Shown here: one piece after another, positions 40,076-54,309 of the stretch | How positions within the stretch are numbered: the stretch's first letter is position 1 | Layout: each line of letters begins with the position of its first letter | Source of the DNA: Rhizophagus irregularis | Taxonomy: Eukaryota | Assembly: GCF_026210795.1 (NCBI RefSeq) | Contig: NC_089434.1 | Location: 5,580,001-5,644,000, forward strand | Direction of reading: 5' to 3' | Length of the DNA: 64,000 nt | The notes under the pieces: model-generated | Seen by the model: the letters and a program-made list of their open reading frames with translations, nothing else | What the model was told of the DNA's origin: nothing | The model's database searches: none | Program-made: the position numbers and the translations under genes

Positions 40076-40213
40076 CAATTTCAATGTAATAAAATTATTG
40101 TTTTTGGTAATCAAATTTATTATTATTAATAACTTAACCTCATACATCACTTTCGCATCAATTATTAATAAAAACGTAATGGATTTTTAATAATAATAAA
40201 ATATAATTATTAA

Positions 40214-42851
40214 TTAGCTTTCCTTATTATTGACATCAATGTTTCTAGCGATAATCTTTTTAGGAGTATTGTTAATTAGGTAAAATAATTGGTGATTTTC
40301 AAAAGACATTATATTGTATACTACTGATTTTCCATCAGTTCCCCCACCCATAGTAGTACCTCCAAAAAATAAACAGACCTAGATTAAGAATATATATTAG
40401 TAATAAACATAAATTTTTTCAAATAAAAAAAATAATTATAATTTTTTAATACATGATTGTGATTTTTTTTTTCTATACTTGAAGTAGAAAAAGTTTGTAA
40501 AGAAAGGCCAATTTCTTTTAATTGACGCATAAATTGGGGTACATGTTTTGCAAAAACATGCATATATGGAGTAACATCATCTTTTCGATATAAATCAGGA
40601 ATTTGTGTACCACTATTCATGTGACCTTGAGTTGGACGATAAAACGTGCAGATCCAATTTTGAGTATCGATTTCAAATTGATCAATTTCTTGATCTGAAA
40701 GATATTCTTTGTGTAAAATTGTATATAATCGATAAAACTCTCGCCATAATTTTTCTATATCTTCTCCATGAATATCTGAAATAAATTGTGATACTGGAAA
40801 CTCTTTTAACGTTTTTTTTTATCTGGTCCCATTAGAGAAGTCCAATTCCAATTTTTTCCAGATTGAAAAAATTTAAAATGAACTTTAATATTTTTAAATG
40901 CTAATTCAACTGCTGGCTTAATTTGCTTTTGAAATTCCTTTTTTTTAATTAGATCAGCAAATAAGCACTCCATTAAGACATCTGAAATTCTTAAAAAAAG
41001 ATGTAATTCATCTGGTATATAATTTTTCTGATTAATTGCAGGAAATAAAGGAGATTTCCTTTCACCTAAATATTAAGTGTAGTAAATTAAGTTTAAAGTA
41101 TTGTAATTTAATTAATAAAAATAAATTAATATATCAAGTAAACTTACATCTTGTATTTTCTGTATTATTCCATATTTTATCCATATCCCATCGCAATGAT
41201 GCTTCACAATTGCAATACAAATAAAAATACTTTGAGTTTGGCGCATTTGTACCCATAATTATGTACATAAATTTCCAATCTCCACAGAAAAAGAGCTCAA
41301 CTGGCCAATTAACACCATCCTGATCGATAATTCCACTATTTTTCAAATCAAATAATTGATCTTGAAATAATTGGTCAACTTTTGCTAAATCTTTATAATT
41401 TTCATGACCAATATAAAGGCAAATACTGTAATTATATAAGAAACTAAATTAGTTAAAAAATTTATAGTAAAATCAATAGTAAGAATAGTTAAATTTTACC
41501 AATATTGATGATCAGGTTTTAAAACCTCTTTTTTTCGTTTAATAAACAGAATGTGATCATTACATGATTCTGACGTCTTCCCGCATTTCTGCCATCACCA
41601 CCTATTTTGATATAAAGAGTATCTCCTGGAAATATTACAGGATTTTGTCCTGCTTTCCAAATGGGTATTAATATTTTAAGTATATCTAAAATAGAACGAA
41701 ATGCACCATTTTCTATTTCATGATCATCTACTAAAATATCATTAACATTATTATTAATATTATTATCAATATTAGATTGATTATTAATTTCGTTATCTAT
41801 ATTAAAAATTCCTATATGAATTTGCATATTCATAAGTTCGTTCATTTCATTTCGACGATTAGCAACCAAATATTCACGAAAAAGAGTTGGAACAACTGCA
41901 GCTAAATTTCTATATCCATCACGACCTAAGACTGCTTCATCACAAACACGTACAATAGCATCAACTCTTGTTTGAATTGCAGAAGAATTATTTGGATTTT
42001 TGAATTTAATATAAGCCTGCTGGTCTTCTTTATAATCAAGTTCAATATAACATAAATGGACAATTGGTTCTCCAGATAAGTTTGTCAATTTATGTTTGAT
42101 AATTAGTTACATCAATGCTTTCTGCACATCTCTTCCGAAGCTATTCAGTCTTTTGTTTTGTTGTGATCGTGAAGAAATCTTTTCAAGTGGCCTTTTACGC
42201 CTATTATTGTCCTTTATTACAGGTTGTAAACCAATTTGTAAACGAAAATTATATAATGGTTCAATATCAAAACCAAATAAACAAGGACCAGAAAGTTTAG
42301 TTGATCGATTCTGATTGATTTTCTAATAAAATAATATAAAATTAATTTGTGTATAAAATAAAAATCATTATATTTCTTTTAATGTAAATATGAATTACAT
42401 ACCTGTAAAAACAAATTAGTAACTGCCGTAGAGGATTTTGTGCTACTAATATTCCAATCTACACGTCCTTCCTTCCAATTTATAGTATAGCATACTTTTG
42501 AATCTGTGATATATTTGGTTTCACACTTAAGACTCCATTCGAACAACTCTGTTTCAACAATGTAATCATTTGGTATCGGATATTGAAAAGTACTATTTTG
42601 GAATTTTTGAGTCAGTCTTAGTATGGAAGGATAATTCCCCACTGCAATAATATTGTAATATGAAATGTATAATCGACCATTTGATATATAACGCGCTTCA
42701 ATTCTTGAATTGTTTGGGTAGTCATGTATAAAAACGCGACTAGAAAAAGAGTCTAATAATTAAAAAAAAAAATTTTTAGTATTTTTATTTTTGCTAAAAA
42801 ATATATCTTAGAAAGCATATTACTTTCGTTTTCTGGTGCTATTTCTACCAT
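40214..42851 (-). pseudogene. RAG1-core/Transib-like (CMC-Transib group) DDE transposase, about 6 exons, with frameshifts
   Basis: KIGGDG (D1), FCGDWKF (D2), SKYFYLYC (decayed CxxC), PDELHLFLRI, WTSLMGPD, TPYMHVFAKHVP, FSTSSIEKKN (E), in the same order as RAG1 motifs; GT-AG introns; indels near 41520 and 40820-40870. Confidence 0.8.
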
Positions 42852-43395
42852 TTTGTTTGTAATTTAAAACTAAACAGTTTCGATATTGAACATTTCTAAA
42901 TATAATACTCACTGCCCAAACCCTTAAAACCAATTCCAAGACAATTCCCAACAGGTTTCGAAGTTGCAAAATCCAGTTTCGAAAGCATGCGTAGCTGGTG
43001 CGTAACCTTTAACAATTGGCTTAAATATGAAATCGGCATTAACGTCATTATGCATTATTCAAATTTGTCACAAATTTGATGTTTATTTTGATCTCATGTC
43101 GATCAAAAATTCATATTGTCACCAAAATTTATTTAGTGGTATGAGCCAAATCGGCCCATATGATAAATAATATATTAATATTATTTTTTGTAAAATAGTA
43201 AATTTTAATTTAAGTAAAAACTTTTAAGAATTGAATCTTTAATAATAACATAAATTAATTGTAATATATTTAAATGGATTTTAAATTAATTAGTTAAGTA
43301 TTATATACATCCAAATTAAATATCTTTAAAAATAAGCACTCTAGTTAAAATTATGAAAATTTTGGCTTATATTATATTATTTTTGGCTAATATTA

Positions 43396-43620
43396 CAGGA
43401 TCTCGCTTACTTATAATAAAAGTTACCATAGAATTAGCTTTTTACTAATGATTTTTACCTTATTTTTTTCTTAAATTCTATTGGTTAATTAGCTAAAAAG
43501 GAAAAAAATTTAATAATATAATATAAAATTTCCTTTTATAGTAGGATCTGCAAAGAATTTTATATATGATTTTTACTTTAAGCCTAAAGGTGACCTATCT
43601 TATAAGTAAGTAGGATCCTA
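43396..43620. mobile_element. 225-bp MITE
   Basis: Imperfect TIRs CAGGATCTCGCTTACTTATAA / TTATAAGTAAGTAGGATCCTA; direct repeat AATATTA at 43389-43395 and 43621-43627. Confidence 0.75.
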
Positions 43621-44868
43621 AATATTACAGTTAAAAAAAAAGTATTTAATTTCAAATATATATAATAATATATAAAATATTAAAAATAAATATTTAAACT
43701 AAATTTATATTAATTTTATATAAAGTTTCTTTTTATTGGTTTTTATTCTTTAATTAGTTATATTTTATAATTTTTTATTTTATTTTTAAATTAAAAAAAA
43801 ATTTTATGATGTATTAATAAAAAAATTGATTCTTATAATTACTAACTTAGTTTTAAGAAAATTTACAGGAAAAATTTTAATATTAACAATTAGCAGGTTA
43901 TTTAAAGAAAAAACAAAAATTTTAAAATCTGAGATTATCATTTTTGCTATAAAATTTTTAAATAAAATACTGATTATTAATTTCAAAATTTTAAATCTAT
44001 AAACGAGAACCAATTTTTTAATATTATATTACCTTATATATATATGAAAAATTTTTTTGTATACATTTAAAAAATTTAAAAAAAAAATTATATATAACTT
44101 AAAAATTTTTTTGTATACAATAATACATATTTTAAAAATTTTTAAAATTATATATATTAAAAAAGTTTTTTACTTCAATGATTATTACTATTTACTGGAA
44201 TTATCAATTTTTACTGGCATATTTTTTAATGCTGTTAATTATCATAATTTCAGTTATTGGTGATTATCACCCTCCGGTGATAGAAAATTTTTTTAAAAAA
44301 ATGTACTTATATATAAATTTTATATACTATAAAAATTTATAATTTGATTTTTTTTTAATATATCAGATTTATGTTGTAATATAAATTAATTTTAAAAAAA
44401 ATTCTATAAATCTATATATTTTATTTATTTAATATATATAATTTATATTATAGTGCTAATAAAGAAATATATTGCTAAAAAAAAAATATATTAAAATTGC
44501 ACATAATAGATAATATATATATTATTTATACAGAATACTCTAAATATGATAATGATCAAACATTAATAATTTTAAATATAAGATTATATAAAAATATATA
44601 TTTAATTAAAATTTAATAAATTTATAAAATTAATAAAATTAAAAATTTTTCAAAAAAATCAAATAACTTTTTTTAAAAAATATTTTTAATATTATAAAAT
44701 CTTATTTACAATTTAAATAAGAAATTATTTTTTTTCTTTATATTTAATATTTTTAATTTTGTAACTAATAATAACATTTTTTTTTAGGAATTATTTATAT
44801 ATAACTGTTACAACTTACAAGTTTAAAAAATATTAAAGTTTAATTTCAAAGTAAAATTGTGATGAAAA

Positions 44869-45012
44869 CTACTAAACATCGCCTGGATGATCATTACTTT
44901 TACCAGAATTAGGATGGAACTTGGGGCAGAATTGAGAATATGAATGTAACTCCGCCCAAAATGCCATCCTAATTCTAGTAAAGGCGATCATCGCCCAGGC
45001 GATGTTTAGCAG
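44869..45012. mobile_element. 144-bp hairpin MITE
   Basis: CTAAACATCGCCTGGATGATC..AGAATTAGGATGG pairs with CCATCCTAATTCT..GATCATCGCCCAGGCGATGTTTAG. Confidence 0.75.
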
Positions 45013-45049
45013 TACCCAAAAAATATTATATTTAATATATTTTGTTACT

Positions 45050-45230
45050 AATAAAAGGTTATAAAGTTTATTTATTTAAAAAAAAGCCACAAATTATATT
45101 AAATAAAAAATCTATTAATATTTTATTAAAACAAAGCCATGGAATTTTATTAAATAAAGGTTATATTAAAAAAAGCCACGAATCTTATTAAATAAAAAGC
45201 CATAAAGTTTATTAAAAGCCATGAATTTTA
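45050..45230. repeat. Degenerate ~21-bp tandem repeat
   Basis: AAAAGCCAY..TTATTAAATAA recurs about 7 times. Confidence 0.6.
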
Positions 45231-48200
45231 CATCGGGAAAAAGCCCATGTCTTAGCCTAATTTTTGTCGATCATCCAGGTGGTTCCACTATCATTCGTTT
45301 TCTAAGAATAATGTTTGATTAGAAAATTTTTTATAGGAAGACTAACGTCCTATTTATCTGAACGTTCTATTCTTATCCAGAATAAATATAAAATTTATAA
45401 GTAAAAAAATTAAAATATAAAAAATTAAATAAAATAAACCAATTATAAATATAGATTAAAAGAAGTTCCGATCGTTCTTAAAAATGTAACACTTAAAATA
45501 TCGTAATGTCAAAATTTTAATTATGGAAAGAACATATGATTTGTTTCACGTAACACTAATAATGTAATTTTCGATGAATGCGAAATTATACATAATATAT
45601 AATTTACATTGTTGTTTTTTATTTATGCAAAATAAACTGTTTGAACTGTTTGAACCCTACTCCTACTGGATTTCTCGATTTTAATCATGTCATATGTTTA
45701 AAACTTGCATCATATGCATAATGATGTTTCAAAGCATTAATGACTTATTCATGTCCTTTGTTAAAGTGTATAATCAAGAAATTGTTTATAAACCAAATAT
45801 GATATAGGATCGCTGATTGACATATTTTCAAAAAGATATATCAATAGATCTTTTTTTTAACATTTTGATGCACAGAACGGCAGAACGCCCTCATGATACA
45901 GTAAATAAATATCAAGTGAGAAATTTGGTACTCAAATCGGAAAAATTTTATTATGATTTGCAAAGAATCTCAATGCAAAATAGTTTAGTAAGTAAGAACT
46001 AAAAAAAGTCTTTTTGTTGTATTCCGTGGTACACAATAAGTATATATTCGGACAATATAATTACGGAAGTTTTGAAAGGAATTCCGATGTATACTTCCAT
46101 CCACTAGAAATTTTTTTTTTTTTTAAAAAATAAATTTAAATATCTAATAAATCGCAAATTATTTCTATTTTGCTTTATTTCATTCAATTGGTCATCCCTT
46201 ATCTATACGCAAATATTTCTAAATATGATTAAATCTTTTAACAACAATGAAGCTTCTAATTCTTTACTCCGTGTCGCATTATTTGTTTTATCTTTATTCA
46301 ATTGAATCATTGTATACGCCTAGTCATAATATCATATATTTTATTGAATCTATTGAACTAACTATTTTGATTTAAAGAGTATATCCGATTGTTCTATGCA
46401 TATGATTTTATTTACGCCAAGATATTGAAATGAACGCGTTGTTCTTATAATTAAAATTTTTAAATTCTCTAATATGATTTCGTGATACAATCCGTTGACT
46501 CGCATGTATTCCCCTTATTGCGTTTCATACGTCTTTGATGCTGCGTAAGGTTCAAATATCAAATATAAAAGCGACTATGATTTAATCTTGAGAAAAATAA
46601 CTATGAAAAATTTTCTATGAAAAAAAAAATTAAGATATTAAATTAAGCTTTATGAACTTTAAGATTCAAAATAATATTATGATTTTTTTCTAAAAATTGG
46701 TTAGTAATACTGATACAAATTAATTGAATTATAACTCGTAAAAAATATTAATTATTAATCTCTTTTTTACATTTCTAAAGGCAATCGTGTTCGAAAAGTG
46801 TCATGTGAAACGAATACTCTAATTATAATTCATCATCGTTAATTTATTTACAGAATGATTTTATCAATTTTTGTTTATACAAAAAAATTATTATTTTTTT
46901 TATTTTTCGATTCGCTATTATAAATATTTCTTTTTATCTAGATAAAATAGACTTTTATTTTTTCGTTTATTTTTTTTTTATTTTATTATTTTTTGTTTTT
47001 TCTTAGTATTTCTATATATATATACATATATATATGTATTTTTTTTTTTCATTAGATTTATTAGATTTCTATATATATGTGTATATGTATATAAAAATAT
47101 ATATATATATTTGATGAGTTGAATAAACATAAATTATTGGATTAACAATACACATTTATGGTTTCACGTGGAATTTAATGTTTAGTGCCGATTAAAAGAT
47201 CGTGTGAAAAGCTGCACACGATCAGTGATCATAATTAATTGAGAATCTTCAGAATTAATCGAGTGTTTAGTACCGATCCATTTTAGACCGGTTTCGTTAC
47301 TGGATTAAATCTTCTATGTAACCCGCCTTATCTATTATGGCTTATTGTTTGGTCTCACATTGTGTCTTGATCGCCATCTGGCACTGCCCAAGGATATTCT
47401 CCTGTGCAAAGTCGAAGAAACAATAAAATTTGTGAAAACGGGGCGGCTATACAATGGCTATACCGGGCTTTTTGAAGGGCTTTTGAGGCTGATTTTGAGA
47501 TGAATTTTAATATTTCGCTCCTGTAAAGTTTCATTTAAATTTACTACAATTTTCATTGGAACTTTTCTTAACAATGCAGCGTGTAATAAGCCTCCTTTTC
47601 ACAAGGATTTCCTAAATAATACTTTATAAAACATGATTTTCCTCCTTTTCAAAAATTAGTTTATGTATCACCAAAGCGCTGACCTTACTCCTATATAATA
47701 TGCACCTAATTCTTCAATTCTTTTACAAGCTCTTCATTCGTGAGTTTCCTCTGGTAAGAAACTGTATAAGGATGTTATTGGTGATTAATTAAGAATTCTA
47801 ATCATTTTAATACGTATTTTTTTTTTATTATTTTTATGTTTACAGACTCAGGTCAGAGTATCAAATAATCGCACTTGAATGACTTTTTTTTCGAAATGCA
47901 ACTGTAAACCTTTATCTTCTATCTTCTTTCTTTTCTCTTTTTAACTTGCTCACAATTCTGTTCTAATATTCCAACACATTATTATTTATACTAGACAATC
48001 ATCATTGTAGAAGTTATTTCTCACCTTTCCTCTCCTCAAATATCATCACCATCCGAATACAATTGAAAAAAACTGGATTTTTTTCTCACCAATCAACCAA
48101 ACCGCATTAAAGTTTTTCTTTTTTTAATTGAACATCTAAAAGATGTTTGATGAATTTTTAATTTGGACAAAAAAAAAGCAGTCCACTCAGATTTTTAGAA

Positions 48201-51200
48201 CTAAAAAAAAAAATATTCGACATTCAGCAGAAAATGTCAATCACTGCTCAAATAATTAAGGTCATTAGGCTCACTTGTGAGCCTTACTAAGAAAAAAAAA
48301 TTCTATTTCCTCGTTTTATTTTTATTCTTCGCTTTCCCCTTTATTCGTCGTAAAAAAAATTATTTTTTTCGTATATTCCTTTAAAATTACCCGCGATTTG
48401 TACTTTTTCTTTAAGCTTACCCAAAATAAAATATGATTGAAAATAATTTAAATTTGTCAGTGACATTATTTAAAAGTGTATGTGATGTGTGAATATTTGC
48501 TGATTATTCTATGTAAATCCTATTTGTCGTCTATTATTTTCCAAGTCCCCACGAATTATATGTTTTGATTAGCCTCTCCCTTAATGGATTATTGTTAAAT
48601 GTATTTTAACTAAAAAAAGGTGTGATCACATGGACTCGGTGGTTGGTTAATCTTAATTCCGAGTGCATATTAAGCAATTTCATACCAATCCTAAAAACAT
48701 CAATACGACCAAAAACAAGTTTCTAATTTGGGACGAACCTGTCGTACAAAATATTTGTCTTATATTCATTTCAATTTTTGCTTCAAATTCTTCTGGTAAG
48801 AAAAAAGACGGAATTCATGTTGACTGTATCTAAATACTTTTAATAATTCGACTATTATATACTATTATGAGATTCAAGATAGACTCACATATATGCAAAA
48901 TTTATTATAAAAGGAAGTTAAATTATGGGAAATCATTTTAATTGAACCTTGTCTACGATTTTTTGTGCTGGAATGAAAACAAGTATTTGTTTTATAGGTA
49001 AAGTGTAATTTTTTCATTGTCACTTTTAATTAATGGACCATTTTGAGCTCATTATATTAATATATTATGGTTAACCTTTAGGTATATTAAAATTATTAAG
49101 TTTCGTTTAACTGACATCTAGGAGTTATGTGATGTACCTTTTAAACTTTGATGATGAATCCTTTTTTTCTCATCAATTTTTGAGAATTATGAATAATCTT
49201 TTTTTTCTTCTTCTTTACAATGTAAAGCTGGTATGTATACTTTTTTTTATAATTTCTTATAAATTTTTTAAAAAGATTTTTTGCGAATCATGGATTAACA
49301 TTTAAAGTTCACTTATTTCTTATTTCTTTTTTTTTTTTATAGTAAACACCATAACAACATTGGTGTTTGACCATTTGTTTACAGGTTCGTTTATTTTTAT
49401 TTAAAACAACTTCCTTTGTAAAGATTAACTTAATAACCTTAGCACAAAATTCTGATGAAATAGAAATTGGACATCTCGTTCGAAGCGTATTTTGAGATTA
49501 CGAGAAGACAACGAACGCAAGCTCTTAAGGACTTTCTTAAATTTCTCCGGTAAGAAAAAAAGATAGTCATTGCTAATTATAAGTTTATACTTCTAATAGT
49601 TTCGACTAACATTTTTTTTTTTTCCTTAATATTACAAGCTCGATCCAGAGCACAAATATTATCCAAATCAATTGAAGTCGAACAACCCGGACAGCCTGAA
49701 CCAAATTCGGATTAAATGAAAGGGAAAAGGAAAAAATTTCAATTGGACATCTGAAAATAATGATGTTTGATTCCAACTGGATAACGAATGTTTCGTTGAG
49801 AATTGGTCGTGAAAATACGAATTAAAGAAACCTTGTAATTATATGTGTTAACTATTTTTATCATTTGTGCCTATTGTTATTTAAAACTAATATTTTTAAT
49901 TTTTTCTTTTCTTTTCTTTTTTTTTTTGTAACATAACATATAGGAACTTTACTTTTTTTTAATAATTGATGGTAGAAGCAGTTCAGAATAAGAAGATAAT
50001 GATGATGAGGGGTTAGATAAATTGTTAAAAGAAGGACTAGATGAAATAATGACGATAAAATTCTAAAGTCAAATGGAAAGAACCCATCTATTTTAACGGT
50101 TATTTTTTTTTCTTAATAAAAAAAAAAGAAGAAAAAATTTTGAGATTTACAAAAAATCAAAATATTGAAACATTCGGAACTACTTTGGTAAGAATTAAAT
50201 TTACATGTATCGTCATACGCTACTCAACTATTGTACTGAATATAAATTATTTTTTTCCCTTTATTCGCGTTGACTATGGATTTAGTATTCGGATCTTTCA
50301 TATTTTCTTTAGGAATAGTTGCTACAAGATCATTTATGAAACTCGACAACGCTTCAAATTTTTTTGAAAAAATAATTTTTTAGATAAAAAATAAATTAGG
50401 TTACTACTCATATACTCATAGTATACACAAGAAATTATTGGTGTTGTTATATCATTGAAAGAAACCATTATAATAATTAATATATTTTCTTTTTTAGTCG
50501 GTATATATTGTAGCATTATTCTTCGGCAAGCAAAATTTATAATAACACTGGAACTTTTATTTTAGGATTTATAAGTATATTGAACTAAATGTCCTTTATT
50601 AATTTTTATTAATCTATAATTTATATCTAATATAAATATAGAAAACGAGTAGACGAGAATAAGGATAAGATGAAAATGAAGAAAGACGTACGATGAAAAA
50701 GAATTAGAGATTAATTATTAAGAAAAATTCTGAAAATTGAATAATTTTTTCCTAGTATTTTTACTTGATAAGAATTAAAATTTTTTGTTTTTTTTTTAAA
50801 AAAAATAACAAATTACTTAATGAATTTGGTATCTGATCTTTTGTATTTTTCTTCAAATTTTTAGCGCGAGTTACTAATTTTTGGGGTATGTCATAAGTTA
50901 TTTCGTTCTTTTCTCGATGATTTCGAATTATATTTTAAAATTTTTTTTTTTAATTTTCTTCAATAGAATATTTATTCGTGTTATATATAGGATATTGTAC
51001 ACCAACTTGGATTGTGAAATATTCAATCAAGGAAGAAATTAAAGGTTCTTCATTTTTATTTTTATCTTGATTTTTTCTTTGTGAATTAGAAATGATAATA
51101 ATTTCATCAATAAAGAGTTTAAACAATCAAAGATTTTAACAAATTAATATTTTACCACTAGATCCATATTAATATATTCATAAAAAAAAATCAGTGATAT

Positions 51201-51464
51201 TACTTTACTGTATTTTCTCGTATTTTTCTCGTATGAAAGACCGTTAAAAATTATACCTTTTTATTATTTTCATCGGAAATATCGATAGTGTTGTTTCTAA
51301 ATTTGTTATCGATATTTTAGATAAATTCTTGTAAGAACTTAGGCATTTAGCCGGCAATTACTCATAATGAATAAATCAGTATGGAAGGCATAGGAAAAAG
51401 ATTATGGTGCAATAAAAATATGAAATTTTTGTACCGTATTTATTATATTTGATTGGAAATCGCA

Positions 51465-53684
51465 CTAATCATGTGAACATGTGATGACTTCACTTAACCA
51501 TTCATGTCTTAATGCCATTTCCGCGGTGAAATTATCATCTTTTGCAGATTCAAGTAATAGATTTTTAAATTGAATAAAACTTTTAGAATAATTATTAAAA
51601 TATTGATCTGTACCTTTTAATTCATCCATAAGAGTTCCAACTTGATAAATATCATAACAAGCGAGATATGGTTTACCAATAACAGCTTGTTCAGGCCATC
51701 TATTCCAAAGAGAAAATTGTAAAATTTCATTAACAGGACCTCCTAATTCTAAATCAATTATTAACCAATCACCATTATCTTGTCTTAAAATATTTCCCCA
51801 ATAAATATCTCTATGAGTCCAATTAACTTGATGCATTTCTTTAAGAACTTGTAAAATAGTTTTAATCATTGATTTAACTTCCAATTCATTCTTTGGATAA
51901 TAATAATATCCTACAGGATGTAAAAAAATTTTACAAGAACCATCTTTAGTTAAAATTGGATAACTAAGATTACCTTCTAAATCAATACAATGAATTAAAT
52001 TTTTAATATGAGAAGTTTCCAAATAAATTTTTCTTATAGTATCATAATTAAAATTTTCTTTCATTTTTTGTGTTGATAAAGATTTTTTTACCAAATTTCC
52101 CATAAATTCTATAGTCGTTCCACCATCACGATTTATTGTTAAATATAAAGGATGAGTGGATTTATTTATCTTAAATTGTACCCAATTACGTTTTATTGAA
52201 TCCAAAACATTATAAATATTAATAACAGTACGAATCATTCTTAATCTATCCAAGATCCTATCCAAATCAAAATCTTGAGATATTGATATAATCTGGTATT
52301 TTAATGGATCAAAAACATACCATCTTAAAATTGGACCTTTTGATATATAAACAAATTTAAAAGGTAAATTTGAATAATAAATATCTTTCCAATGAGTTTT
52401 ATCAATAATATTTTGAATACCAACATTCCATTCAACATTTTCGGGTAATTCAATACCATGAATTATTAAATGATCATTAATCCAACACATCCAATCAGGT
52501 CTTAAAAGATCTTCCTTTGATTGAATAAAATTACGTGCCATATAAATCCATTGTGATTTTTGAGATTGTAAACAACTTAAAGTTCCTTGAATTAATGCAT
52601 CAATAATTAAATTATAACAAATTAAATTATTTTCTTGACAAGGTGAATTGGAATTATATGGATATGTCAAAGCATTAATAAATGGCAATGAAATAGGTGA
52701 AGATGGAATAATATTTCCAAATTCTCTAAAACATTGTTCTTGAGGTATGACATATGAATATATATTGGAATTTTCTTGATTATTTAAAAGACAAAATGAT
52801 GGAACAAATACTCTCATTGGTAATGGAGTCAAAAGGAATCTTTTTAATTCATATATGGAAGGAACTTTAAGTAATTTTCTTGTAATAAGTTGTTGAAATA
52901 AATCCTTTTTGTTGAAGAAATTTTCCTAATTATAATATATAATTAATTATTACATATGGAATTTATGTATATATATATAATTTATGTATAATTTTTATAT
53001 AATTTTTTAACTTACTTTTGGTATATTATTATTTCTTAATTCAAAACTATTAAATTTTAATAATAATTCTAAAAAAAAAAATTATTTAAAACAATTATAT
53101 TATAATTATTATGGATTAAGTAATTTAATTACCTTCAGGTTCATAATAATTCTCATTTTTATAATATCCTAAAAATATCTCAAAGTTTGTAAATAAAAAA
53201 TTTCAATTTTAAATTTTTTTGTAAATTTTTCTTACCATGTAAACGTAAAATTTCGGCTTCTAAATGTAAAATTAATAATCCTGAAATACCCATTTTAAAG
53301 AAATCATTTCTTGTCATTTTCAAAAAAGTTTTCCCATCAATTTGTTTTAATCTAAATTTATATTCGGATTCTTTATTAAATAAATCTTTTCGACAATAAC
53401 CTTCAACGCTAAACATAACTTTTAAATGATAAATGAGTTTTTGAACATCCCATTTTTTAATTATATCAAGATTAATTGTTGGAAAATTTAAAATATTCCA
53501 ATATTCACGTTTTACTTGAGAAATTGATTTATTATTTTCAACTTTTTTTTTTAACAAAAAATAATTTTTTATGATTAAAAATTTTTATTTTAATATTATC
53601 GTTTATAAAAAATAAAATATTTTATTATTTTAACTTACGTAATTTTTTGTTCAAGTTTCTTTTTTTATTATTATTTCTTGTCAT
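51465..53684 (-). CDS. SAM-like domain + Crinkler-type (REase-like + kinase-like) protein, multi-exon
   Basis: ATG at 53684; WDVQKLIYHL..QIDGKTFLKMTRNDFFKMGI (SAM-like); short internal exons; last exon with LRPDW, LKEMHQVNWTHRDIYWGNIL, LIIDLELG, DIYQVG, FTAEMALRHEWL. Confidence 0.8.
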
Positions 53685-54188
53685 GATATTTATTATTTTA
53701 CCAAAGAATTTTTTAGATAAAAATTTGGTTTTTTTTATTATTTAGAAAGTTTTGTTTTTTAGATAAATTTGTAAATAATAAAAAAACCACATTTTGTGTA
53801 CTTATTTATATATTCTTAAATCGTCATAAACATTTGAAAATTTCGTATTAATTTCGTAAGAAAAAAAAAAATTTAATATACCGCAAATTTTTATATTCAG
53901 TATTTTAACAATAAATGCCGCGTGATTCATTGTAAATTGTGCGTTGTTGTTACCTTTGCCAAGCAACCAAGCAATATGGCTTGAAAAAAATAAAATAAAA
54001 TAAATCCAAGCGCGGATTAAAAAATTTGCGCATTGCGCAGCAAATCGTAAAGAGAAGAAGTTTTTAAATGATTCAATATACCTCGATAGTCTTGAAAGGT
54101 GGAAAGGTTCTTTAATTGCCATTTTAATTGTTACTTCGCGTAACTTGCGATTATAAGTTAGAAAAAAAAATTTATCATTTTACGCTTT

Positions 54189-54309
54189 TATTAAATTTTC
54201 GGGTAGGTCGATTGGCTGCGCCACCGCATTAATTTTGATTTTTTACTCTGTTTGGTATTAAATTTTCGGATAGGTCGATCGGCTGCGCCACTGCATTAAT
54301 TTTGATTTT
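54189..54309. repeat. Direct duplication, ~53-bp unit, 2 copies
   Basis: TATTAAATTTTCGGRTAGGTCGATYGGCTGCGCCACYGCATTAATTTTGATTT twice, upstream of the kinase gene. Confidence 0.85.

Larger units (their letters stand above)
39112..43162 (-). mobile_element. 4.05-kb two-gene transposon with RAG1/Transib-like transposase
   Basis: Perfect 21-bp TIR CATATGGGCCGATTTGGCTCA (39112-39132, 43142-43162) enclosing two convergent genes; TSD unclear (TTA vs ATA). Confidence 0.88.

Noticed and set aside
46150..46560. Possible minus-strand pseudogene
   Set aside because: Too many stops and no recognisable motif.
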